A stretch of DNA of 40,225 bases, taken from a virus (taxonomy: Duplodnaviria; Caudoviricetes). Location of the stretch: the IMG/VR virus record IMGVR_UViG_3300037522_000113, positions 1 to 40,225 of that record; one strand, given 5' to 3'. This document shows, piece after piece, positions 26,800-34,691 of the stretch. The notes beneath the pieces are model-generated. The model had not been told where the DNA came from and made no database searches. It saw only the letters and a list, made by a program, of their open reading frames with translations. A program made the translations under genes and the position numbers. How positions within the stretch are numbered: position 1 is the first letter of the stretch; the number at the start of each line of letters is the position of its first letter.

Positions 26800-27002
26800 G
26801 CGGGAACATCTGCTTTATCTGCAACAGCTACCACGACACAACCGCGTGTCCGCAGGCGAGCTACTCGGTACCGCAACGCGAGTGGCAACGCTGCCCGGTG
26901 TGCGACGGGCGCGGCACCGATCCGTTTGCGGGTCTGAGCAACACCAGCGACCCGACCTGCCCCCATTGCAGCGGCGCTCGCGTCGTGGAGCGGCCCCGGT
27001 GA
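26796..27002 (+). CDS. DnaJ-type zinc-finger-like small protein
   Basis: WQRCPVCDGRG...CPHCSGAR. Confidence 0.68.
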   Translation: MSGNICFICNSYHDTTACPQASYSVPQREWQRCPVCDGRGTDPFAGLSNTSDPTCPHCSGARVVERPR

Positions 27003-27205
27003 GTGAACCGACGTGGACCGCCACCGAGTTGGCGGACTGGCTGGAAAATACAATCGCGCCACAGATTCTAATCTCGGCCGCGTTCGCGCCGGGAAGCTGG
27101 CCGGACGTGAAAGCCCAGCACGAACGGGAGGCCGGGAAAGCTCGCGCCGCCGCCGCGCTCCTGCGGAAACTGGAGCCCGCCACGACACGGAGCGAGGGGG
27201 AATAA
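26999..27205 (+). CDS. Hypothetical protein
   Basis: GTGA start, TAATG end overlap. Confidence 0.58.
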   Translation: MSEPTWTATELADWLENTIAPQILISAAFAPGSWPDVKAQHEREAGKARAAAALLRKLEPATTRSEGE

Positions 27206-27597
27206 TGGGAATGTTCGACTACGTCGTCGTCGAGTGCGAACTGCCCGACGAGAGCGCGAAGGGTGTCAGGGAGTGGCAAACGAAGGAGTTCGACGCTCCG
27301 ATGATGGAGAATTATCGCATTACTGCCGAGGGGCGGCTAATGGAGGAGTTGTACCACCGCGAGGACCTGAGCGACCCGAACGCGGCGCCGGGTTCCATTG
27401 AAAGCATCATCGGCTGCGCGACGCTGGTGCACGACGGATGGCGAGATCTGAACTTCCACGGCGTGCTGCGCTTCTGCGGCTACGTCGGCAGTAACTACTC
27501 CCCCGAGAATCGGCACGAGTACAACGCGACGTTCACGCACGGCCAACTTGAGACGATCGAGCGCGTTCAACCGCCCGCCACGACACGGAGCGAGGGG
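27175..27597 (+). repeat. 25-bp direct repeat flanking one gene
   Basis: gcccgccacgacacggagcgagggg at 27175-27199 and 27573-27597. Confidence 0.92.
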
Positions 27598-27600
27598 TGA
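27205..27600 (+). CDS. Conserved hypothetical phage protein (MGMFD family)
   Basis: MGMFDY...WQTK.F...Y.I..EGRL...FHG.LRF...EYNATFTHGQL. Confidence 0.78.
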   Translation: MGMFDYVVVECELPDESAKGVREWQTKEFDAPMMENYRITAEGRLMEELYHREDLSDPNAAPGSIESIIGCATLVHDGWRDLNFHGVLRFCGYVGSNYSPENRHEYNATFTHGQLETIERVQPPATTRSEG

Positions 27601-27812
27601 GCGCGCAGACCCCCCGACCACATCGCTACTGGCACGGATACCCGTCCGTTGCGGAGTATATGCGCGCCATCGGTTGGACCGGCGCCCGCGAAGCAGAACC
27701 CGGCCAAACCTGCGGGGAACGGCTTGGCGCTGCGGCGACTGAGTGCGGCTTTGTCGCGCGGTCAATTATCGCCGGGAAGCCATACTGCGCTATCCACGAC
27801 GGCAGACGATGA
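27597..27812 (+). CDS. Hypothetical Cys/His protein
   Basis: Coupled; ends YCAIH. Confidence 0.6.
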   Translation: MSAQTPRPHRYWHGYPSVAEYMRAIGWTGAREAEPGQTCGERLGAAATECGFVARSIIAGKPYCAIHDGRR

Positions 27813-28138
27813 GCGCGCAGACCTCAATGGACTTCGATGCCAAGGCCGACCGGGGCCACGCCGACGCACTCACGCATCTGGGGGCTGAAACGTGCGCCAC
27901 TGTCACCAGGATAGCCGAAGTCGTCGCCGCGTCCCGCGATACGTGGACGTGGCACGACATCAAGGAACGACTACCGGACGGGGTGAGGCAGAAGCTCGCA
28001 ATGCCAGAGCTGTACAACGCCGCCGGCGGTCTAGGGCGCACGCTGGCGAAGCGGTACCACTGGCGGATCGTCGGCTACGCGAAGTCCCCCGACCCAGACG
28101 CGCGCGGTAGACGGATCGCGCTGTACGCCAACCCGTGA
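27809..28138 (+). CDS. Hypothetical protein
   Basis: Coupled on both sides. Confidence 0.65.
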   Translation: MSAQTSMDFDAKADRGHADALTHLGAETCATVTRIAEVVAASRDTWTWHDIKERLPDGVRQKLAMPELYNAAGGLGRTLAKRYHWRIVGYAKSPDPDARGRRIALYANP

Positions 28139-28896
28139 CCACCACTCCCTACTACCACGACGAAGCCGCCGGTATCACCATCTACCACGGGGATGCTTTC
28201 GAGGTGTTGCCGACGTTGCCGCCGTTCGACTCCCTTGTAAGCGATCCACCCTATTCGTCCGGCGGCGCCATGCGCTCCGACCGGATGTCTAGCACCGTGA
28301 CCAAGTACGTGCAGGGCGGCACGAGGGCGTTCCGTCCCGAGTTCAGCGGAGACAATCGCGATCAGCGGGCCTACCTCGTGTGGTGTACCCTGTGGCTGTC
28401 GGTTGCGCTTCGAGTCGCAAGGCCGGGCGCGATGCTCTGTCTATTCACCGACTGGCGGCAACTTCCCACCACCACCGACGCAATCCAGTGTGGCGGGTGG
28501 GTGTGGCGGGGGATCGCCGTCTGGGACAAAACCCTGAAGGCGCGCCCGGCCCAAGGCACGTTCACCTCGCAGGCCGAATATGTCCCCTGGGGAACGTCGG
28601 GCGCATTCCTGCCACGGCCGCAGGGCCGACAAATCCCCGGCGTTTTCCCCAAGCCAGCGCCCAACAACTCCGAACGCCAGCATATCGCGCAGAAACCTAC
28701 CGACGTAATGCGGTGGGTACTTAGTGCAACAGCTACGGGCGGCCTTGTCGTCGATCCTTTTATTGGAAGCGGGACGACGCTTGTCGCGGCGAAGGAAACT
28801 GGCCGCACGGCAATCGGCATTGAGTCGGACGAGGCCAGTTGCGAAATCGCCGCCGAACGCCTGTCGCAGACCGTCCTCCCGCTGGGGGGTGTGTGA
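28135..28896 (+). CDS. DNA N6-A/N4-C methyltransferase (beta class)
   Basis: IYHGD, SDPPY, VWDK, HIAQKP, VVDPFIGSGTT, IGIE. Confidence 0.95.
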   Translation: MTTTPYYHDEAAGITIYHGDAFEVLPTLPPFDSLVSDPPYSSGGAMRSDRMSSTVTKYVQGGTRAFRPEFSGDNRDQRAYLVWCTLWLSVALRVARPGAMLCLFTDWRQLPTTTDAIQCGGWVWRGIAVWDKTLKARPAQGTFTSQAEYVPWGTSGAFLPRPQGRQIPGVFPKPAPNNSERQHIAQKPTDVMRWVLSATATGGLVVDPFIGSGTTLVAAKETGRTAIGIESDEASCEIAAERLSQTVLPLGGV

Positions 28897-29090
28897 CCAC
28901 CCCACCGTACAAACTCAGCCCAGCGGACGGCCCGCCGAAGCGCGAGACGTGTCGCTGCGGGCGGGAGTTCTCCGCTTACCCTGCCACCCTCACCACGCAC
29001 GGCAATGACTCCAGAATCGTCTACCTCCCCCGCCACTGTGCCGCCTGTACCCGCGCCGGAATCAGGGCCGATTCTTACCGCGCCCAGTGA
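28893..29090 (+). CDS. Small Zn-finger-like protein
   Basis: CRCG...HCAAC; GTGA coupling. Confidence 0.55.
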   Translation: MTTPPYKLSPADGPPKRETCRCGREFSAYPATLTTHGNDSRIVYLPRHCAACTRAGIRADSYRAQ

Positions 29091-29174
29091 GATACCCGAC
29101 GCGCTGGCCAGCCCTGAGGCCTGGAACCGCCGCGTAGGATTCCCCGTGTTCACCCCCACCCAAGGAGTCACAGA

Positions 29175-29435
29175 ATGACGACGAAAGCGAAGAAGGCCAC
29201 GACGAAGCGCACGGCGAAGAAGCGCCGCCACGAGTACACGAGTGCCGAGGTCGCCTCGATTGCGGGAGCGGTCAAGCGCGTATTCGGGAGGTACGGCGGC
29301 AAGCGGTTCGCGCTGTACGATATGACTAATGGCCGAATCACTCTCCACATCGACGACTTGCCCACCCTCTCCGTGTCGCACGTTCTCTCGCTCGCCGGCT
29401 CCGCGCTGACGCAGAAGCGGAACAAGGCGCGGTGA
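29175..29435 (+). CDS. Hypothetical basic protein
   Basis: AAGGAG RBS; Lys-rich N-terminus. Confidence 0.68.
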   Translation: MTTKAKKATTKRTAKKRRHEYTSAEVASIAGAVKRVFGRYGGKRFALYDMTNGRITLHIDDLPTLSVSHVLSLAGSALTQKRNKAR

Positions 29436-29971
29436 TTTCCCTCGGCGGACTCTTGGCGGACCCGAACGAAGTCGCTGCCGAACTCGCCCGCGCCGTCCAT
29501 CGTGCGACAGGCGAGACGTGGGACACCGACGCCCTGAAAGCCGAGGTGGGCCGAATGGTGCGCGCGGTCAAGCCGGACTTCACAACCCACCGCGAGACGC
29601 CGTTCAGCGAGCCCGAGGCGGTCTGGCTCGGGCGGCTTCACGAGTCGGTCCTGCGCGGGCTGGCGGCTATCGAGGCCGGTAAGCCATGGCCAGCGCGCCC
29701 GCGCCCGACCTCGTTGAGTAGGTCGAAGCTCTTCCCGCCGATAGAGGCACTGGCGGCGGAACTCTGGCTAGAGCGGATACCGTCCGCCGCGATAGCCGCC
29801 GAATCGTGGGGCGTAGCCGCTCAGCGATCTGGCGGCGGGCGCCCCCCGAAACGGCCCGCGCTGAAACGGAGCATTGACGTGGCGAAACTCCAGTCCCGCG
29901 AGCGCGTCCGGGCCGCAGGCTACACGATCCGCGCCCACGCACTACGGGGCGGGAAACCGGGGCGGCGATGA
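29432..29971 (+). CDS. Hypothetical protein
   Basis: Coupled on both sides. Confidence 0.6.
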   Translation: MISLGGLLADPNEVAAELARAVHRATGETWDTDALKAEVGRMVRAVKPDFTTHRETPFSEPEAVWLGRLHESVLRGLAAIEAGKPWPARPRPTSLSRSKLFPPIEALAAELWLERIPSAAIAAESWGVAAQRSGGGRPPKRPALKRSIDVAKLQSRERVRAAGYTIRAHALRGGKPGRR

Positions 29972-30195
29972 TGGCCGCCTACTACAACGAACTCGACGCA
30001 CAGAAAGCCGAGTGGCTGCGCGAGCTGATGCGCCGCGACCTGATTGCCCCCGGAGACGTAGATGAGCGAAGCATCGAACAAGTCCAGCCCACCGACCTTA
30101 CCGGCTACCGCCAGTGTCATTGGTTCGCGGGAATTGGAGCCTGGAGCTCCGGGTGCCACAGACCGGCGCAATCGCCCGTCTGGGCTACGCCGTGA
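29968..30195 (+). pseudogene. Truncated phage C5-cytosine DNA methyltransferase (N-terminus only)
   Basis: AYYNE...WLRELM...IAPGDVDERSI...QCHWFAGIGAWS is the N-terminus of a phage Dcm family; similarity ends at ~30147 and no catalytic PC motif follows. Confidence 0.8.
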
Positions 30196-30242
30196 ATCGG
30201 TGCCTCTGGTGCCTCCGGATCGGCTGTCCCGGCCACCCGGAG

Positions 30243-30908
30243 CTAGCGCCCCAGCCCGATCCGCACGACGGCAACCCGGGACGGATCGGCAACGGCGTCG
30301 CGCCGGAGCACCACGACAGCACCAACGGCAGCCACCCCAAGCACCGCCCCCACCCCCTGAATCCGGCCAGACCGCAACCCCCGGGCATACGCCGCCCGCT
30401 CTAAGTCCCGCGCCATCCCCACCGCTACCCCGTGCCGCTCCCGCCACACGTCCCGCTCTTGCTCCGCCGTAAGCCGTAGCGCCCGCTCAGAGGCGACGAC
30501 GACGCCCAGGGCTACCACCGTGGCCCCTGATGCTTCGAGGGCCGCAGAGTCGGCCTGAATGCGCTGGACGACCTCCGGGGGCACCTCGTGGGCCGTGTCG
30601 CGGATTATGACCGTCGTGGGGCCGGCCAGCCGGACGGAATCGCGGAACCGGAGCGCGATATCGCGGGCGATTGAAGCGGCGCGGGCCGTGGAGTCGAGCG
30701 CCCGAGCTACCCGCGCCGAGTCCGCAGCGAGGCGTTGCCGGTGCGCGTCGAGCCGCCCCAGCGAGTCGGCCCAGGCGCTATCCGCCGCGCGGGCGGCTGC
30801 TATCCGTGTATCCCGCTCGACCTCACGCCGGACGCGCTCACCGTACAGCCAGACCGCGAGCAGGACTATCGCGAGGCCAGCGCCGAACGCAGCGAGGCGG
30901 GCTTTCAC
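30243..30908 (-). CDS. Spanin-like (Rz-like) coiled-coil membrane protein
   Basis: N-terminal TM helix, Ala/Arg-rich coiled coils, second hydrophobic stretch near C-terminus; last gene of lysis cassette. Confidence 0.6.
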   Translation of the reverse strand: MKARLAAFGAGLAIVLLAVWLYGERVRREVERDTRIAAARAADSAWADSLGRLDAHRQRLAADSARVARALDSTARAASIARDIALRFRDSVRLAGPTTVIIRDTAHEVPPEVVQRIQADSAALEASGATVVALGVVVASERALRLTAEQERDVWRERHGVAVGMARDLERAAYARGLRSGRIQGVGAVLGVAAVGAVVVLRRDAVADPSRVAVVRIGLGR

Positions 30909-31300
30909 CCGAACCTCCCCCGCGCCCCGAAGTGGACGACCAGCCAGAGAAGCGTGCCCAGCGCCAGCGCTACCACTGCTGGATCAAGCCCGCCCGTCAA
31001 CTCCAGAACCCGCGCCGCCGTGCCCCGCGTACCCGGCAGCAGCGTGAGGGGGAGCCAGACGAGCGCGACGGCCAGCCCGGCCACAAGCGACCACAGGGCG
31101 GGCCATGTCCGCGCGATAATCCAGATGTGCTCAGACAAGGTGTCCCCCGGTTTCCGTCGCACCACCGCCGCGACGATTTCAACCACGGCCGCAATCGCCA
31201 GCGCACCGCCAGTCAGCCACGCCGGCCCGCCGAGCAGGTAGGAGACAACGGCCGTGGGGATCGTGGCTGCCCACCATCTGGAATATGAGACGTGAAGCAT
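30905..31300 (-). CDS. Multi-pass membrane protein, possible holin
   Basis: 3-4 hydrophobic segments; directly downstream of endolysin. Confidence 0.6.
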   Translation of the reverse strand: MLHVSYSRWWAATIPTAVVSYLLGGPAWLTGGALAIAAVVEIVAAVVRRKPGDTLSEHIWIIARTWPALWSLVAGLAVALVWLPLTLLPGTRGTAARVLELTGGLDPAVVALALGTLLWLVVHFGARGRFG

Positions 31301-31304
31301 CAGC

Positions 31305-31814
31305 CTAGTAGCTCATCCAGATACGGTCCTGCGGGTTCACCGTGCTCGCGTCGAGGTGGACGGACCCCGACCCCTTGCCGAACGTCGCTACCTGGTGGGC
31401 CGTCGGCGGGTAGATACCGACGCGCGCGAGACCGGGCGACTTCGCGGCCGCAGCAGCGCGGGCGAGGATGGGCCCCGTGAGGACGCCAGAGGCGACGATT
31501 TCACGCAGCACGGCCATCGCTTCGCCGGCGAGAGCTTCGCGGACGAGAAGGAACCGCTCGGCGTTGTTCAGCACCCGAAGGTCCACCGCCTTGCATGGCC
31601 GCTCTTTGTGCGCGGACACGGACGCGCCCACCGAGCCTTCCGGGTCGCGGGCGTCGGACACGATACGGAATGGCGCCTTGGCCGCGCGTCGCATTTTCGA
31701 GAGACGGCGCAGGAAATCCGTATCCATCTGCTCGGGCTCCTTGAACTCACCCGGCTTCAGCTCCGGCGCGATCTCGGACCACACGCGATCGTTGAGGTGC
31801 GCGAATGTACTCAT
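31305..31814 (-). CDS. Endolysin, peptidase M15-like
   Basis: MD..FL..L..MR...PFRIVS..R...SAH....AVD...RVGIY...VHLD; GGAGG RBS, ATGA start at 31814. Confidence 0.85.
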   Translation of the reverse strand: MSTFAHLNDRVWSEIAPELKPGEFKEPEQMDTDFLRRLSKMRRAAKAPFRIVSDARDPEGSVGASVSAHKERPCKAVDLRVLNNAERFLLVREALAGEAMAVLREIVASGVLTGPILARAAAAAKSPGLARVGIYPPTAHQVATFGKGSGSVHLDASTVNPQDRIWMSY

Positions 31815-32194
31815 CCCTCCCCCCGGTTGCCCCTGATTGCGTCTCCAACGGCGTGAACGAATCGGACGAGCAGGTCGCCCGCGGCGCCGACCGCCTGCGC
31901 GTCGCGCGTAACGAGCGTCATTCCGAGCCCGAATGTCGAGAGCCCACACGCCGCGAACACGAGGATTAGGAGCACCACGCTCCACGGCACCGGCTCGCGC
32001 CGGTACACGAGCAGGAGTGCCAGTGCCACGGAAGCCGCGAGCATCAGGGCCCCGATCAATGCCGCAACCCAGCCCGCGCGCGTGTTCGATGCCTTCACCG
32101 CCGCGCGGGGTGGCGGCACGTTGCGCTGGATCAGCTGCGCCTCGGTCGGCGCGAAGCCCCCCAGCGTTGTGGGCTTGCCTTCCTCGGCGGTCAT
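31811..32194 (-). CDS. Holin-like protein (2 TM)
   Basis: Two hydrophobic helices; directly upstream of endolysin; GGAG RBS. Confidence 0.62.
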   Translation of the reverse strand: MTAEEGKPTTLGGFAPTEAQLIQRNVPPPRAAVKASNTRAGWVAALIGALMLAASVALALLLVYRREPVPWSVVLLILVFAACGLSTFGLGMTLVTRDAQAVGAAGDLLVRFVHAVGDAIRGNRGEG

Positions 32195-32370
32195 CCGCTC
32201 CCCGCAATCGTGTGGATGATCTCGCGGATGTGCGTTAGGAACCATATCGCGCCGCCAGCGATCACGATGATTTGCCCAACGAGGTTGAGTGGAGCCGGGA
32301 GCTTTGCACACAGCCACCACAGCAACACAACGAAGCACACCACGATGACGAACGTAATGAGGAGTTCCAT
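32191..32370 (-). CDS. Small 2-TM membrane protein (59 aa, not in ORF track)
   Basis: MELLITFVIVVCFVVLLWWLCAKLPAPLNLVGQIIVIAGGAIWFL...; AAGGAG RBS; stop overlaps next ATG. Confidence 0.75.
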   Translation of the reverse strand: MELLITFVIVVCFVVLLWWLCAKLPAPLNLVGQIIVIAGGAIWFLTHIREIIHTIAGSG

Positions 32371-32409
32371 TTTACTTCTCCTTTGGAGTGAGTGGTAAAT
32401 GCGCCATGG

Positions 32410-32745
32410 TCACAGCGCGCCAAAAATGCGGGAGAGGAAATACCCGGCGACCGCCGCACCGGTGGCCCATGCGCCCATGCGCTTGTCCAGAGCGTTCCAT
32501 TGTTTGTTGATGGAGTCGGCGAACGCGTCGAATTTCTCGCGCGACACTGAGACCGCCTGCGATGCGTTAATCCGCTCGGCCTCGTGGTTGAGCGCCTCGA
32601 AGTGCCGTTCGTTTTGCGACTGGGCCAAGGCGAGCGCCGCCGCGTCCGCCTTGCGGTGTGCCTCTGCGATGTCGCGCTGATGCTGTAGCCGTTCCTCCAG
32701 CACCGCCACGCGCGTTTCGAGGGACTGGGCGCGGTCCGCCGTCAT
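32410..32745 (-). CDS. Coiled-coil protein with C-terminal hydrophobic anchor
   Basis: AGGAG RBS; LETRVAVLEERL...; ends WATGAAVAGYFLSRIFGAL. Confidence 0.7.
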   Translation of the reverse strand: MTADRAQSLETRVAVLEERLQHQRDIAEAHRKADAAALALAQSQNERHFEALNHEAERINASQAVSVSREKFDAFADSINKQWNALDKRMGAWATGAAVAGYFLSRIFGAL

Positions 32746-32818
32746 CGGTTGACTCCTGTCGTTGCGGCGAAGCAGAACAGGGCTATCCCAACCGCCCGTG
32801 TCCACTGGTACACGCCCC
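32742..32818 (-). pseudogene. Orphaned original 3' end of the 33415-33981 membrane gene
   Basis: Encodes VYQWTRAVGIALFCFAA, versus CYQGTRLVGILWFCYAA in the intact gene; its TGA overlaps ATG 32745. Confidence 0.75.
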
Positions 32819-33358
32819 TTACCCGGATGCCAACCGAGACACCCGCCGTGCCCACCGTGCCCGTGCTTCTAACTTCACGCACACCTTGTGACGGGCGCGC
32901 GGCAATCCTCTCGCGGTGCGGTGAACGTACATGTCGCCTTGGTTGTGGTACCCGGAGCAGATTCCACACGGCAATGCCGCCGGGTCGCCACAAGCAGCGA
33001 ACGCCGAATGGCGCCGGTGCAGAATCAAGTGATATGCCTGATTCTCGCAGACCACCAAGTTCGACGGGCTGTTGTTCAGTTTGTCGCCGTCTATGTGGTG
33101 GACAACTGCAAGCGGCGGGAGCGATTTGCCCATAACCCCTTCGGCGACCAGTACGTGTTCGCGCACGTACCCGCGACCTGCCACACGCACGCACACGTAC
33201 CCTTTCTTCAGGTAGCTCCCGCCCTTCCAATTGTGGTGCTCCGGGCCTAACCCGGGGCTCGGGACGAAGTGGTGAGCGAACCGATTGTAGCCGGACGCCG
33301 TCTTGCGGGTGGGCTTCCCGCAACCGCACTCGCAGGGATGTATGTTCTCCGCAGCCAT
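32819..33358 (-). CDS. Freestanding HNH homing endonuclease
   Basis: CECGCG, HNWKGG, REHVLVAE...VVHHIDGDKLNNSPSNL...YHLILH. Confidence 0.92.
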   Translation of the reverse strand: MAAENIHPCECGCGKPTRKTASGYNRFAHHFVPSPGLGPEHHNWKGGSYLKKGYVCVRVAGRGYVREHVLVAEGVMGKSLPPLAVVHHIDGDKLNNSPSNLVVCENQAYHLILHRRHSAFAACGDPAALPCGICSGYHNQGDMYVHRTARGLPRARHKVCVKLEARARWARRVSRLASG

Positions 33359-33414
33359 AGCACGACGCTCCAGTCGTCGGTGTGGTCAGGGTCGCTTGGC
33401 ATGGTGAAAGCATG

Positions 33415-33981
33415 TCAGTCGGCCCGCCCCTCCGATAATCTAATGCTGGCGGCATAACAGAACCACAGTATGCCGACTAATCGCGTCCCTTGATAACACA
33501 AGTACGTTCCCCACGACGGCGCCGCCGCATACGCCAGCCACGCCGCCAGACCCGCGCCGAAGTAGATCAGCAACGCCGGGCGCAGTAAGCCCCACCCGAC
33601 GCTAGCGTACGCGATCCCGGCCACGCTGCCAAACGCCACGCAACGCAGCAGCACGTCAAAGCCATGCGGCCCGGTCCAGAGTACCGACGCCAGAGCCGCC
33701 ACTACGAACACTGCCACCATCCTGCCCGAATCCCGCAGATGCAGCGACGCCACCGCGACCAGCGACGCTTGCGTGAGCGGGTACAGGTTCCCGACGATAT
33801 CAGGGTCAATCCAATGGGCAGCGCCATCGGCCACCCACGAGACGGCGAAAGCGCCCGCGATACACCACCAGCCCGGAGCCCGCACCCGTCCCGTGACCCG
33901 CAGCATCGCGAGCCACACGAGCGGTACGCCGCCCATCAGGTGAGCGGCCTCAGGCGCGTAGGCTAACAAGATGGCGGGCAC
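33415..33981 (-). CDS. Multi-pass (about 6-7 TM) membrane protein
   Basis: Successive hydrophobic helices; NLYP and LLIYFG motifs; GTG start lies within the CPPSC codons of the upstream gene. Confidence 0.8.
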   Translation of the reverse strand: MPAILLAYAPEAAHLMGGVPLVWLAMLRVTGRVRAPGWWCIAGAFAVSWVADGAAHWIDPDIVGNLYPLTQASLVAVASLHLRDSGRMVAVFVVAALASVLWTGPHGFDVLLRCVAFGSVAGIAYASVGWGLLRPALLIYFGAGLAAWLAYAAAPSWGTYLCYQGTRLVGILWFCYAASIRLSEGRAD

Positions 33982-34181
33982 CGATGTGAGTCATTGATCG
34001 GCTCGCAGCCCTCGTCGTCGAGCGTCGCGAGTACTGCGTTGTCCGCGTTCGAGCGCACAACGAACGTCATTTTGTTCCCGTCCTCGTGTACTTCGAGGCG
34101 GCACGTATCGGGGCCAGCGTTCGCGATCGCGCCGTAGAGGCGACGGACGGCAGAACCCTGGAACCAGTAGTAAGGCTTCAT
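33963..34181 (-). CDS. 72-aa protein ending in CPPSC
   Basis: GAGG RBS; MKPYYWF...INDSHRCPPSC-stop. Confidence 0.78.
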   Translation of the reverse strand: MKPYYWFQGSAVRRLYGAIANAGPDTCRLEVHEDGNKMTFVVRSNADNAVLATLDDEGCEPINDSHRCPPSC

Positions 34182-34182
34182 G

Positions 34183-34401
34183 TTATGCAAATTCCTCGGG
34201 TGAAGTGTGGTCAACTACGCGTGGCGCTAAAACAATGTCCGGGTTAGCACGGGCTATCCGCGCGACCTCGGACAGTGCCAGCACGGTGAGCTTACTCGTT
34301 TCCGTGTAGTCCTTGATCGCCTGCACGAGCCGGTAGAGCAGGACTATGATGACGCTTTGAGCGGCGACGATCAGCAGGGCAAGCATGGTGTCGGTAGTCA
34401 T
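34183..34401 (-). CDS. Small single-TM protein
   Basis: LALLIVAAQSVIIVLLY; coupled. Confidence 0.68.
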   Translation of the reverse strand: MTTDTMLALLIVAAQSVIIVLLYRLVQAIKDYTETSKLTVLALSEVARIARANPDIVLAPRVVDHTSPEEFA

Positions 34402-34691
34402 GGGCCATCGGGTGTAAGACGGTCGAGCCGCCCCTCCAGTGCGTTCATGCGGCCGTCAAGGTACGCGATATCCTTGATATGGGTGTCGCGCGTGTCCAGC
34501 AGCCGCGTCAGGTCTTTGCTGATTTCGTCCAGTGCATTTCCTATGCTGCCCAGCCGCTCGCCGCCACGCCACGCAATGACGAGCAGGGCTAGCGTGTTCG
34601 CCGCCAACCAGACGTTGAACGCCGAGTCCGTGACCGACGTAGCCGCCTGTAGCGCTGCCGTCACGCCTACGCCGATCGGTTCGGCGTTCAT
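34398..34691 (-). CDS. Single-TM coiled-coil protein
   Basis: VWLAANTLALLVIAW followed by heptad pattern; coupled. Confidence 0.7.
   Translation of the reverse strand: MNAEPIGVGVTAALQAATSVTDSAFNVWLAANTLALLVIAWRGGERLGSIGNALDEISKDLTRLLDTRDTHIKDIAYLDGRMNALEGRLDRLTPDGP

Noticed and set aside
28371-29381. Long antisense ORFs (also 17196-18101, 20929-21726 and similar)
   Set aside because: Shadow ORFs expected in high-GC DNA opposite well-supported genes; no motifs.
30185-30388. Embedded Rz1-like o-spanin
   Set aside because: Pro-rich and suitably placed, but the lipobox (LSWC) and signal peptide are poor; not supportable by eye.
31305-32207. 300-aa endolysin
   Set aside because: The N-terminal extension overlaps the holin-like gene; RBS and ATGA coupling support a start at 31814.
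32742-33455. 237-aa ORF overlapping the HNH gene, or a group I intron
   Set aside because: Only its last ~25 codons look real (old gene end). The upstream gene has its own stop, and the 56-nt spacer is too short for a ribozyme core.
33963-34181. Arbitrium aimP or a classical RiPP precursor
   Set aside because: No signal peptide, no AimR-like TPR receptor and no recognisable RiPP maturase nearby.
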